A DNA stretch of 63,923 nt, the filler included. It is 3 parts of 3 records of this genome, joined end to end, with 100 filler letters (N's around TTAATTAATTAA, not from the genome) between each part and the next. Parts side by side here need not be neighbours in the genome. Positions count along the whole stretch, not along the records: positions 49,018 to 63,923 come from SRR20825006_1075; 2 more parts are not named here. One strand, written 5' to 3'. This document shows positions 51,598 through 60,599 of this stretch, in pieces. Positions within the stretch are counted from its first letter, which is position 1, and every line of letters begins with the position of its first letter. Made by a program: the position numbers and the translations under genes. The notes beneath the pieces are model-generated. The model saw only the letters and a program-made list of their open reading frames with translations, was not told where the DNA came from and did not search any database.

Positions 51598-52014
51598 CTA
51601 GTCTACGCAGAGCGCCGGTGTCGCGCGTCCATTTTCGACGGTGGCATAGCATCCGAAGGGGCTGTCGGTCGCTTGGCACTTGCCCGTAACAGGCTTGCCG
51701 GCTTCTGGCATGTCGTCGCCGAGGCTGAGACGGCATTGGCCAATGCAATCGGCATTATCCGCACACGCCTTTCCGGCGTCTTCGAAGGGCTGAATGCACT
51801 GTTCCCACCCCCGCATGCCGTCACGCGCGACGCGACCGCCTGCGGATTCACATGCGGCACGTTCGGCCCCTGTGGCCTTTTCTCCCGCGAACTGGATCTT
51901 TTCATAAGGGTCCGCCCCCGACCCATACACGCCGTCGCTGGAATAGACATCCTGCAGATAGGCACAGCCCGACACTACTACACCTGCGAGTATGATGGAA
52001 ATTATCCTGATCAT
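51598..52014 (-). CDS. Cysteine-rich lipoprotein
   Basis: Lipobox VVSGC; C...GG...C...DAGK.C.D..DC.G.C...G.C...FGC...C pattern. Confidence 0.8.
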   Translation of the reverse strand: MIRIISIILAGVVVSGCAYLQDVYSSDGVYGSGADPYEKIQFAGEKATGAERAACESAGGRVARDGMRGWEQCIQPFEDAGKACADNADCIGQCRLSLGDDMPEAGKPVTGKCQATDSPFGCYATVENGRATPALCVD

Positions 52015-52421
52015 TGGCCGGGAAACCTTTCAAATCTGGCGATATCGTCTGGAACATGGTGGAAGCTCTGCGCATCCGCAACCTGCATGGCCATTTGGGC
52101 CGCACCGAACACGGATGGATCATCCAGTGTGCCGACTTTCAGGATCACCGCCTGCGGCAGAGAGGGGGATCGCGTGGCGATATGCGTTCCGCAGTCGGAG
52201 CAAAATTCGCGTAGCGCTCCACGTTCCAGATCTCCCCGGCGATATCCTTTTGGCTTGCCGAGCGTGTAACGGAACTCCGCAGTTGGCATCGCCATGATCG
52301 TATTGGCCTGCCCACCCGTGAAGTATTGGCATTCCCGGCAATGGCAACTTGCCTTCATGATCGCATCGCCTCCCGCCTCATACCGGATCGCGCCGCAATA
52401 ACACCCACCTTTGATGGCCAT
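52011..52421 (-). CDS. GFA (glutathione-dependent formaldehyde-activating, CENP-V) family protein
   Basis: GGCYCGAIRY, CHCRECQ, FCSDCGT, GTLDD; ATG 52421 with GGGAG RBS. Confidence 0.92.
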   Translation of the reverse strand: MAIKGGCYCGAIRYEAGGDAIMKASCHCRECQYFTGGQANTIMAMPTAEFRYTLGKPKGYRRGDLERGALREFCSDCGTHIATRSPSLPQAVILKVGTLDDPSVFGAAQMAMQVADAQSFHHVPDDIARFERFPGQ

Positions 52422-52561
52422 TAACTTTCTCCCTGACTCGCAGATGGATAGTGGAGCGGACACTAATCTAAAGCAATACAAGGTTTTTTTGGAACTTTTG
52501 CTCGAGTTTTGCATAGAACTTGCAAGACAAACCATACAACGCAGAAGCAAGTTGTTAACTT

Positions 52562-52858
52562 ATGGCAAGCGCCCACGCTCCTCTACGCCGCATCGTCGGC
52601 CTGTCACCGATTTCGGTGGACGACGCGATTGATCGGGCCCTGGTTCAAGCGCGCGATCTCTTTGGGGAACCAGACTGGTTCGAAGTCTCGACCGCCCGTG
52701 GCTTCATCAGCAAGGGACAAGTCACCCATTACGAAGTGTCGGTCGAATTGGGCTATGAATCCAAGCCCAAAAAATCCGAAAACGACGCCTATCTGAATTC
52801 CGTTCTCTCCAGACGCCCCAACCGCCGCGTACGGAATACAATCGATTGGCGGCTCTGA
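52562..52858 (+). CDS. Dodecin-family protein with C-terminal extension
   Basis: IVG.S..SVDDAI..A, DWFEV...RG.I..G.V.HY.V....G. Confidence 0.8.
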   Translation: MASAHAPLRRIVGLSPISVDDAIDRALVQARDLFGEPDWFEVSTARGFISKGQVTHYEVSVELGYESKPKKSENDAYLNSVLSRRPNRRVRNTIDWRL

Positions 52859-52871
52859 TAGCGCCCTTGAA

Positions 52872-53579
52872 TTAACCCTTGAATCCCTTTGCCACCACGA
52901 AAATTTCGGGACTTCCGGCCCGGCTTGATGGCGGTTTGATGTGGCGCACCGTCTTGAAATGCGCCTTCAACGTGTCCAGCACATCCTTCGTCGCGCCACC
53001 CTGAAACACTTTCGAACAGAATGTGCCGCCCGGCGCGAGATGTTCAATGGCGAACGCGACCGCCATCTCGACCAAAGCGACGGTGCGCAAATGGTCCGTC
53101 TGCTTGTGCCCGGTCGTGTTCGCCGCCATGTCGGACAGGACAAGGTCAACCGGTCCACTCAGCCCGTCCAGCAAGGCCGCAACATCGTCCGGCTCATTCA
53201 CATCGCCTTCAATGATATGCGCGCCTTCAATCGGCTCGACCGGCAAGAGGTCAATGCCCGCCACTTCCAGCGCGCCCTTCTTCAGCGCGACCTGCATCCA
53301 CCCGCCGGGCGCACAGCCCAGGTCAACAACGCGCTGACCCTTGCGCAGCAGGTCCAGCTTTTCATTTATCTCAAGCAGTTTGTAGGCCGCGCGGGCCCGA
53401 TAGCCCTCTTCCTTGGCCTTGCGCACATAGGGATCCTGTAGCTGGCGTTCGATCCAGCGTTTGGAACTTTCATTTTTCGCACGATGCGCCGTGACCTTGC
53501 GCTCGGTCATCTGGCGACCGGACGTGTTCTTGCTTTCCTTGCCGGGGCCTTTCCAGCGGCGCTTTCCATCATCCGTCAT
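52872..53579 (-). CDS. rlmE: 23S rRNA (U2552-2'-O) methyltransferase
   Basis: W..RQLQDPYV, YRARAAYKL, DLGCAPGGW, VLSDMA, KP..SR..S.E; start MTDDG at 53579. Confidence 0.95.
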   Translation of the reverse strand: MTDDGKRRWKGPGKESKNTSGRQMTERKVTAHRAKNESSKRWIERQLQDPYVRKAKEEGYRARAAYKLLEINEKLDLLRKGQRVVDLGCAPGGWMQVALKKGALEVAGIDLLPVEPIEGAHIIEGDVNEPDDVAALLDGLSGPVDLVLSDMAANTTGHKQTDHLRTVALVEMAVAFAIEHLAPGGTFCSKVFQGGATKDVLDTLKAHFKTVRHIKPPSSRAGSPEIFVVAKGFKG

Positions 53580-54702
53580 TGCCGGCCTCCGTTGCCGAAT
53601 GGGTTTGAGGCGTGTTGCCGCCTTCGCGCCGTTTGCGCCCGCCTCTGCGACGACGCCGCGCGGGCTTCTGGCCATACATCATGCTGAGCAGCAGGCCTTC
53701 CCTCAGGCCACGGTCGCCAACCCGCAAACGCCCCGCCGGATAGGCCCGCCAAAGCGCGTCCAGAATAGCACAGCCCGCCAGCATCAGTCCTGCGCGCTCT
53801 TCACCAATCGTCGGCAGGGCCGCCCGCCCGTCCGGTCCGGCTTCGCGCAGCATGTTCAGCACTTTTTCGCCCGAGGTCCGGCTCATCCACGTCCCGTCCA
53901 CCTTGTCACGGCGATAGCGGTCGAGTTTCAGATGTACGCCCGCCAGGCAGGTCACTGTCCCGGACGTACCGATCAGGTGCGCCCCTCTCAAACCCATCGC
54001 AGAACGGATCGCCTGTGTGCCTTGCCAGGCTTCAATAACTTCTCCGGCATGATCCAGCATTGCCTGATAGGCTTCTGCGTCCGGCAGATGAGCAAAGGCT
54101 TCGGTCAGGGTCACGACGCCCAGCGGCAGGCTGGTCCAGTTCTGGATGGGCGCACGCTGGATCAGGCCGTTCAGGCCATTGGCCCGCGCCAGTTCGGCAT
54201 TCAGCCACGACAATTCCGTCGACCCGCCGCCAATATCCACCACCAGTACCGACGGCGCATCATCGCCAATCAGGTCATGACACCCGATACTGGCAAGGCG
54301 CGCTTCTTCCTTCGCGCCAATGATCTTGAAGGTCAGGCCGGTCTCGTCGTGCACCCTCTGGATGAAATCCGGACCATTCTCTGCCTTTCGGCAAGCCTCG
54401 GTCGCGATGCAGCGGACCTTGCCGACTCCATGTGTCTTGAGCTTCCCGCGGATCGCATTCAGCGCATCCATCGCGCGCTCTATCGAAGCTTCGGACAGCC
54501 GACCGGTTTCGTGCAATCCCTCACCCAAACGGGCAATTTGGGAGTGCGAATCAACCACACGGAAAGTTTTTCCGTGTGGAGTGGCCACCAGAAGGCGGCA
54601 ATTATTGGTTCCAAGGTCCACGGCCGCATAGAGGTCCGAGGCCCTGGCTGGGCGCGGTCGGCCGCGTTTTCCGCGCCGTACCGCTGATTTTTTTTCAGCC
54701 AT
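53569..54702 (-). CDS. Ppx/GppA phosphatase family protein
   Basis: DLGTNNCRL, RLGEGL, ATEACR, DIGGGSTE, GLREG; start MAEKK at 54702. Confidence 0.92.
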   Translation of the reverse strand: MAEKKSAVRRGKRGRPRPARASDLYAAVDLGTNNCRLLVATPHGKTFRVVDSHSQIARLGEGLHETGRLSEASIERAMDALNAIRGKLKTHGVGKVRCIATEACRKAENGPDFIQRVHDETGLTFKIIGAKEEARLASIGCHDLIGDDAPSVLVVDIGGGSTELSWLNAELARANGLNGLIQRAPIQNWTSLPLGVVTLTEAFAHLPDAEAYQAMLDHAGEVIEAWQGTQAIRSAMGLRGAHLIGTSGTVTCLAGVHLKLDRYRRDKVDGTWMSRTSGEKVLNMLREAGPDGRAALPTIGEERAGLMLAGCAILDALWRAYPAGRLRVGDRGLREGLLLSMMYGQKPARRRRRGGRKRREGGNTPQTHSATEAGNDG

Positions 54703-54753
54703 AGTGTGGCCCAAGTTTTTCAGTTGATGCATGGTGTATCACAGGAGTGGGAA

Positions 54754-55206
54754 ATGACCAGACGCGCATCGCTCTTGGGAAAGCTGCTAGGCAGCGTGGG
54801 AATCGGTCGCCGTAAGGTTGCCGACGACGCGCTGCTGCTCGACAAACCCCTCGACCGTGACCAGCGCTATAACGACATCACCCCCCTGCTCGCAAAGTTC
54901 CAGATCGGCCAGGTTGTGCGCCACCGCCACTTCCCGTTTCGCGGCATCATTTTCGATGTCGACCCCGTCTTCGCCAACACCGATGAATGGTATGAATCCA
55001 TTCCTGAAGAAGTGCGTCCCTCAAAAGACCAGCCCTTCTATCATTTGTTCGCCGAGAACGAGCGCACACATTACGTCGCCTATGTCTCGGAACAGAACCT
55101 GGTGATTGACGATTCCGACACACCGCTCAGCCATCCGGACATCCAGGAATGGTTCAACGAAACCGGACGCGGGCGCTATGAGCTCAAAAAGGGCGTCGCC
55201 AACTGA
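54754..55206 (+). CDS. hspQ: Heat shock protein HspQ (YccV-like hemimethylated DNA-binding domain)
   Basis: KFQIGQVVRHR.FPFRG.IFDVDP.F, QPFYHL.AEN, YVSEQNL. Confidence 0.9.
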   Translation: MTRRASLLGKLLGSVGIGRRKVADDALLLDKPLDRDQRYNDITPLLAKFQIGQVVRHRHFPFRGIIFDVDPVFANTDEWYESIPEEVRPSKDQPFYHLFAENERTHYVAYVSEQNLVIDDSDTPLSHPDIQEWFNETGRGRYELKKGVAN

Positions 55207-55210
55207 CGCG

Positions 55211-55390
55211 CTAGTTCGGCAGCCCTTCAGGAGCTTCACCCGTCAGGCAGGCGATCACCGCGTCCCAGTGCGCCAATGCCTCGACGTCACCCTGCGCGGC
55301 CACTTCCGCTGCACGCAGCGTGGCAATCACTTCTGCGTCTTCGCCATATTGTTTGAGCAATTGGGCGGCTGTTTGCGCAGCCGAACTCAT
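55211..55390 (-). CDS. Putative 59-aa hypothetical protein coupled to hldE
   Basis: MSSAAQTAAQLLKQYGEDAEVIATLRAAEVAAQGDVEALAHWDAVIACLTGEAPEGLPN*; ATGA overlap with hldE stop; below the ORF-track size cutoff. Confidence 0.7.
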   Translation of the reverse strand: MSSAAQTAAQLLKQYGEDAEVIATLRAAEVAAQGDVEALAHWDAVIACLTGEAPEGLPN

Positions 55391-56853
55391 TCTGTCTTGG
55401 ACTGCGCCCGAGCAATCGCCGCCGTGGTCGACTGTCCATCCACCAACGGCACGATATGAACCGTTCCGCCGCGTGCCTGCACTGTGTCAGCGCCAACGAT
55501 CGTATCGATGGAATAATCCCCGCCCTTGACCAGCAAGTCCGGCTGCAACGCCTCGATCAGCGCGCCGGGTGTGTCTTCCTCGAAAACAACCACCGCATCC
55601 ACGGCCATCAGGCCCGACAGGACCCGCGCGCGGGAGTCAGCGTCATTGACCGGCCGCGTCGGTCCTTTCAGGCGCGATACGGACGCATCCGAGTTCAGGC
55701 CAACCACCAGACGGCCACAGCGCGACTTGGCCTCTTCCAAAACCCGCAAATGCCCCGGATGAAGGATGTCGAAACAGCCATTCGTGAAGCCGACGGTCAG
55801 CCCGGAATCCCGCCAGGAAGCGACCTGTGCCCTGGCTGCGTCGAGCGTCAGATAGCTGACGCCGCCATTGCGCAAACCCATCTGCAACGCCGTGATCATC
55901 TCTTCGGCTGAAACCGTAGCCGTGCCCGCCTTGCCGACGGCAATCCCGGACGCCGTGATCGCCAGGCTGACCGCATCCGCCACCGAGCCGCCACCTGCCA
56001 GGCCCAGCGCCAGCGCCGCAATGCTCGTATCGCCCGCGCCCGACACGTCATACACTTCGCGCGCCTGACCGCTCAGATGCACGGCCGGCTCGCCCTCGAT
56101 GGCATAGGACATGCCCTTTGCGGCCCGCGTCACGACAATGGATTTCGCCATCAGCAAGGTCTGCGCAGCCGTCAGGGCCTCACCGACATCCTGATCCGTT
56201 TCCACCCTCAGCCCCATGGCTGCGGCCAACTCGCTGGCATTCGGCTTGAGCAAGTCCACCGCGCCATAGCGCGTGAAATCGCGGCCTTTCGGATCGGCAA
56301 TCACCGGAATGCCGTATTGGTCTCCAGCCGCCAGCGCAGCTGCAATGACGCCATCCGTCACCGTGCCCTTGGCATAATCGGACAGGATGATCACGCTTGC
56401 TTCATTCGCCTCGTCGGCAACGGAGGCAATCAGCTCGGCTTCCGGGCTCGGCCCGATGGGGCTGGTGTCTTCCGCGTCCACGCGCAGCAATTGCTGTCCC
56501 CCGGCGACAAAGCGCGTCTTCAGCGTGGTTGACCGGTCGCGCATCGCGATCAAATCGGCATCAACGCCCTCAATGTCTCCCAGCAGCGCGGCCAGTTCCC
56601 GGCCTTCGCCATCATCCCCGACAACCCCGATGAGCGAGACCGACAAGCCGAGCGAAGCAAGGTTTCGTGCCACATTGCCCGCACCGCCCGGCATCGCCGC
56701 TTCGCGGGTGCGCCGCATGATCGGCACAGGCGCTTCGGGGGATATGCGGGTGACGCCGCCATAGATAAACCGGTCCAGCATGACATCGCCAACACAGACA
56801 ACACGCTTGCCCGCAGCGGCGTGGATGAGACCCGGAAGATGTGTGCCTGACAT
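55387..56853 (-). CDS. hldE: Bifunctional heptose 7-phosphate kinase / heptose 1-phosphate adenylyltransferase
   Basis: GDVMLD, RISPEAPVP, DVSGAGDT (PfkB), FTNGCFDILHPGH, KGGDY, STT; start MSGTH at 56853. Confidence 0.95.
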   Translation of the reverse strand: MSGTHLPGLIHAAAGKRVVCVGDVMLDRFIYGGVTRISPEAPVPIMRRTREAAMPGGAGNVARNLASLGLSVSLIGVVGDDGEGRELAALLGDIEGVDADLIAMRDRSTTLKTRFVAGGQQLLRVDAEDTSPIGPSPEAELIASVADEANEASVIILSDYAKGTVTDGVIAAALAAGDQYGIPVIADPKGRDFTRYGAVDLLKPNASELAAAMGLRVETDQDVGEALTAAQTLLMAKSIVVTRAAKGMSYAIEGEPAVHLSGQAREVYDVSGAGDTSIAALALGLAGGGSVADAVSLAITASGIAVGKAGTATVSAEEMITALQMGLRNGGVSYLTLDAARAQVASWRDSGLTVGFTNGCFDILHPGHLRVLEEAKSRCGRLVVGLNSDASVSRLKGPTRPVNDADSRARVLSGLMAVDAVVVFEEDTPGALIEALQPDLLVKGGDYSIDTIVGADTVQARGGTVHIVPLVDGQSTTAAIARAQSKTE

Positions 56854-56949
56854 TTCGGTTACACTCCGCTGGGGCGTATGATTCTTTTGAACATCGAAAG
56901 GGTATACCGCCCCAATTGCAGGCGCGGAAGACCAAGGCTCAGCCCCGCA

Positions 56950-56975
56950 TGATCCATTCCGCGAACTCGCGCGTA
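56950..56975 (+). promoter_or_regulatory. RpoE/ChrR-type (ECF11, singlet-oxygen) promoter
   Basis: TGATCC-N16-CGTA just upstream of the photolyase start. Confidence 0.75.
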
Positions 56976-57013
56976 GAGGCTTTGTAAACTGTTCAACCCT
57001 GCCCGGAGGTCTT

Positions 57014-58468
57014 GTGTCACAATCTGCGCCTGCCATCGTCTGGTTCCGCGAAGACCTGCGCCTTTCCGACAATCCGGCCCTGCATGCCGCCGTCTCGTCC
57101 GGCAGGCCCCTCGTCTTGCTCTACATACTGGACGAGCAGACCAAAGGCCTGCGGCCCCTCGGCGGCGCCTCGAAATGGTGGCTGGACAAATCCCTGCGCG
57201 CGCTTGCCGCTGATATCAAACAGGCGGGCGCCCAGCTGACCCTTCGCTCCGGGCAATCCGCCGATGTGCTCGACACCGTCATCGAAGAGACCGGCGCAGA
57301 GACCATTTTCTGGAATCGCCGCTATGACCAGCCCGAACGCGATCTGGATGCCGCAATCAAGGAAGACCTGGCCCAGCGGGGCCTGGATGTCTCCAGCTAC
57401 AATGCGCGGCTGCTGAACGAGCCGTGGCAGGTCGAGACCAATGCGGGTGGCTACTACAAGGTGTTCACTCCTTACTGGCGCGCGGCCCGCAACAACTTCG
57501 TCGCGCGCGACACGTATGGCCGCCACAAAACGCTGAGCGGCCCCAAACCCGAAAGCGAATCCCTCGATGATTGGGGCCTCCACCCGTCGAACCCCGACTG
57601 GTCTACAGGCTTTGATGACTGGACCCCCGGCGAGGACGGCGCGATTGCCCGCCTGAACGATTTCCTTGATGGGCCAATCAATGGCTACAAGGAAGATCGC
57701 AACCGCCCGGACCTCGACATGTCCACGTCCGGTCTCTCCCCACATCTCCGTTTCGGCGAGATCGGACCACTGCAGATATGGCGCGCTGTCCATGCTGGTA
57801 TGGAAGCCGGCACGATCCAGGAAAAGGATGGTCACACCTTCCTGTCAGAAATTGGCTGGCGGGAATTTTCCCATACACTCCTGTTTTACAATCCGGCGCT
57901 CGCCTCCGAAAACTATAATGACTCATTCGAGTTCATGCCGTGGCGAAAAGACAAGAATGCCTTTGACGCATGGACCAAGGGCCAGACCGGCTATCCGATG
58001 GTTGACGCAGGAATGCGCCAGCTCTGGCAGACAGGCTGGATGCACAACCGGGTACGGATGATTGTCGCCTCCTTCCTGACCAAGCACCTTCTCCTGCCCT
58101 GGCAGGACGGCGAAGCATGGTTCTGGGACACGCTGGTCGATGCTGACCCGGCCAACAATGCCGCCAGTTGGCAATGGACTGCGGGCTCCGGTGCCGATGC
58201 GGCGCCCTATTTCCGGGTCTTCAATCCGATCAGCCAGGGCAGCAAGTTCGATGAGACCGGCGACTATGTGCGGCGCTTCTGTCCGGAACTGAAGGACCTG
58301 CCAGACAAGTACCTGCACGCCCCGTGGGAAGCCAGCGAAGAGATTCTGAACAAGGCCGGCATTCAGCTCGGCAAGACCTATCCGAAACCCATAGTCGACC
58401 ATTCCGGCGCTCGCCAGCGCGCACTCGACGCATATGATACATTGAAAGAAAAGCGAGACGCCGCATGA
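57014..58468 (+). CDS. phrB: Deoxyribodipyrimidine photolyase (cryptochrome/photolyase family)
   Basis: WFREDLRLSDNPAL, TSGLSPHLRFGEI, WREF, TGYPMVDAGMRQLW.TGWMHNRVRM, DAAPYFRVFNP. Confidence 0.95.
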   Translation: MSQSAPAIVWFREDLRLSDNPALHAAVSSGRPLVLLYILDEQTKGLRPLGGASKWWLDKSLRALAADIKQAGAQLTLRSGQSADVLDTVIEETGAETIFWNRRYDQPERDLDAAIKEDLAQRGLDVSSYNARLLNEPWQVETNAGGYYKVFTPYWRAARNNFVARDTYGRHKTLSGPKPESESLDDWGLHPSNPDWSTGFDDWTPGEDGAIARLNDFLDGPINGYKEDRNRPDLDMSTSGLSPHLRFGEIGPLQIWRAVHAGMEAGTIQEKDGHTFLSEIGWREFSHTLLFYNPALASENYNDSFEFMPWRKDKNAFDAWTKGQTGYPMVDAGMRQLWQTGWMHNRVRMIVASFLTKHLLLPWQDGEAWFWDTLVDADPANNAASWQWTAGSGADAAPYFRVFNPISQGSKFDETGDYVRRFCPELKDLPDKYLHAPWEASEEILNKAGIQLGKTYPKPIVDHSGARQRALDAYDTLKEKRDAA

Positions 58469-59781
58469 AACGCATCGCCATTATTGGATCTGGAATATCC
58501 GGCCTCGGCGCTGCATGGGCGCTGCGCAATTCCGCACACGTAACACTTTACGAACAATCAGGCCGGGCCGGGGGGCACGCATGCACGCATGCGTTCGACT
58601 ATGACGGCCACGAAACGAAGGTCGATCTCGGCTTCATCGTTTATAATGCACTCAACTATCCGAACCTGATCGGCTTCTTCGATGCACTTGGTGTCGAAAC
58701 ACAAGCGTCCGACATGAGCTTTGCGGTCTCTGATCCGAAAGGCTGGGAGTGGGCGTCCACACTGAAAGGCATCTTTGCCCAGCGTCGCAATCTCCTGAGC
58801 CCGAAATTCCATCGCTTCTGGCGCACCATCCTCCGCTTCAACGACATTGCGCGCGCCGAACTCGCCGATGGCACGATTACGGATACAACTCTGGGCGCAT
58901 GGCTCGACCGCCATGAGTTCGATACAGATTTCCGCACGAACTATATTCTGCCCATGGGGGCCGCCATCTGGTCCACCTGCGAAGACAAGATGGTCGACTA
59001 CCCCGCCATGAGCTTCTTCCAGTTCTTCGACAATCACCGCCTCATGCACAAGGAACGCCCGAATTGGCGTACCGTCACCGGTGGCAGTGAAAACTATGTC
59101 CGCACTGTTGCGGACGCGCTCGGCGACCGGGTTCGCCTCAACTCGGGCGTCGAGCGCATTTTTCCCTTTGGTGACCATATCGCGGTCGTGACGACCGATG
59201 GCCGTCGCGAGGTATTCGATGATGTCATTCTCGCCACCCATTCCGACCAGGCCCTGCGCCTGACCGAGGAACAATTCGAAGATCAGGCCTTCCTGCTCCG
59301 CTCGGTTCGCTATCGGCCAAACCGTATCTATCTCCACCGCGACCCGGCGCTGATGCCATCGCGCAAGGCCGCCTGGGCCAGCTGGAACGTGCTGAAACAG
59401 GAAAGCGGCGACATCTGCCTCACCTATTGGATGAACCGGCTGCAGGGCCTGCCCGATGCGCGCCCACTCTTCATCACGCTGAACCCCGACACGCCCCCTC
59501 GCGACGAGCTGACCTTTCTCGAGTATGATTTCGACCATCCGCAGTTCGATGCCGCCGCCGAAGCAGCCGTGCGCAGCCTGAAGCGTATTCAGGGTCAGAA
59601 CGGTCTCTGGATCGCCGGCGCATGGATGGGCCGCGGCTTTCATGAGGACGGCCTGAAATCCGGCCTCTCAGCCGCCCTTTCCCTTGGCGGATCCGTGCCG
59701 TGGACGGCCGAAGGTGTGGACATTGTACAGCCAGCACGCAAACTTCGCCCTGTGGAAATCGCTGCCGAGGTGTCTGTTTGA
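58465..59781 (+). CDS. FAD-dependent oxidoreductase (RSP1091/UfaD-like fatty-acid desaturase)
   Basis: GSGISG Rossmann fold, GGH, VDLGFIVYN..NYPNL, AAWASWN, GFHEDGL; ATGA-coupled. Confidence 0.85.
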   Translation: MKRIAIIGSGISGLGAAWALRNSAHVTLYEQSGRAGGHACTHAFDYDGHETKVDLGFIVYNALNYPNLIGFFDALGVETQASDMSFAVSDPKGWEWASTLKGIFAQRRNLLSPKFHRFWRTILRFNDIARAELADGTITDTTLGAWLDRHEFDTDFRTNYILPMGAAIWSTCEDKMVDYPAMSFFQFFDNHRLMHKERPNWRTVTGGSENYVRTVADALGDRVRLNSGVERIFPFGDHIAVVTTDGRREVFDDVILATHSDQALRLTEEQFEDQAFLLRSVRYRPNRIYLHRDPALMPSRKAAWASWNVLKQESGDICLTYWMNRLQGLPDARPLFITLNPDTPPRDELTFLEYDFDHPQFDAAAEAAVRSLKRIQGQNGLWIAGAWMGRGFHEDGLKSGLSAALSLGGSVPWTAEGVDIVQPARKLRPVEIAAEVSV

Positions 59782-60599
59782 CCAATGCGCATCCCCAACC
59801 CGCACTGAGCCTCTGGAAAGGCCAGACTGTCCATGTGCGCTACCAGCCATTCGAGCGGCGGTTTGCATATGATCTCGTCCTGATTGATCTCGACATCGAC
59901 CGGTTGGACGAGGCCGCGGCCAGCTCAGCCCTGTTCAGCGTCAACGCGCCCGGCCTGTTCGCCTTCCGCACCGAAGACCACGGCCCCAAGCAGAAAGACG
60001 CGCCGCTACGTCCCTGGGCCGAATCCGAACTTGCCAAGGCAGGCATTACACTGGACGGCGGCGCCATCCGCCTCGTCACCTTCCCGCGCCACCTGTTCTA
60101 CAAATTTGCGCCCCTCTCGCTCTGGTATGGCTACGGCCCGGACGGCGACCTGCGCGGGATCATCTATGAAGTGAACAACACATTCGGCGAGACCCATTGT
60201 TACGTCGCCGCCGTCAATCCGGGCCGCAACGCGCACAGTGCGCCAAAGTCTTTCCACGTATCCCCCTTCTTCGACGTCACCGGAACCTACCGCTTCTCCC
60301 TGCGTTCGCCGGAAGACAAATTGGGAGTGGTCGTGGAAAGCCTGAGACATGAAAAGCGCCTTCATATGGCAAACATCACCGCCCGGCGGATGCCTGCCAC
60401 CAGCGCAAACCTGCTGAAACTCGCACTCACCAACCCGCTCTCCACGCTCGGCGTGACCCTCGGAATCCACTGGCAGGCTCTCAAAGTGTGGATACGCGGC
60501 GCCGCCTATCGCCCAAAGCCCGCCCCTCCGGAAACCGGCACAACAATTGCGTTATCCCAACAAATACGTAATGCTGATAAGCGGAAGGATGCCGCATGA
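59778..60599 (+). CDS. DUF1365 family protein (RSP1090/UfaO-like)
   Basis: H.RY.P..R.FAY, YEVNNTFGE.H.Y, KSFHVSPF, IHWQALKVW; TTG overlapping the upstream TGA. Confidence 0.88.
   Translation: MTNAHPQPALSLWKGQTVHVRYQPFERRFAYDLVLIDLDIDRLDEAAASSALFSVNAPGLFAFRTEDHGPKQKDAPLRPWAESELAKAGITLDGGAIRLVTFPRHLFYKFAPLSLWYGYGPDGDLRGIIYEVNNTFGETHCYVAAVNPGRNAHSAPKSFHVSPFFDVTGTYRFSLRSPEDKLGVVVESLRHEKRLHMANITARRMPATSANLLKLALTNPLSTLGVTLGIHWQALKVWIRGAAYRPKPAPPETGTTIALSQQIRNADKRKDAA

Noticed and set aside
53461-54687. 408-aa + strand ORF and other long antisense ORFs (49175-50290, 57017-57835, 58558-59643, 61079-61873)
   Set aside because: Shadow ORFs opposite well-supported genes, expected in GC-rich DNA; no motifs
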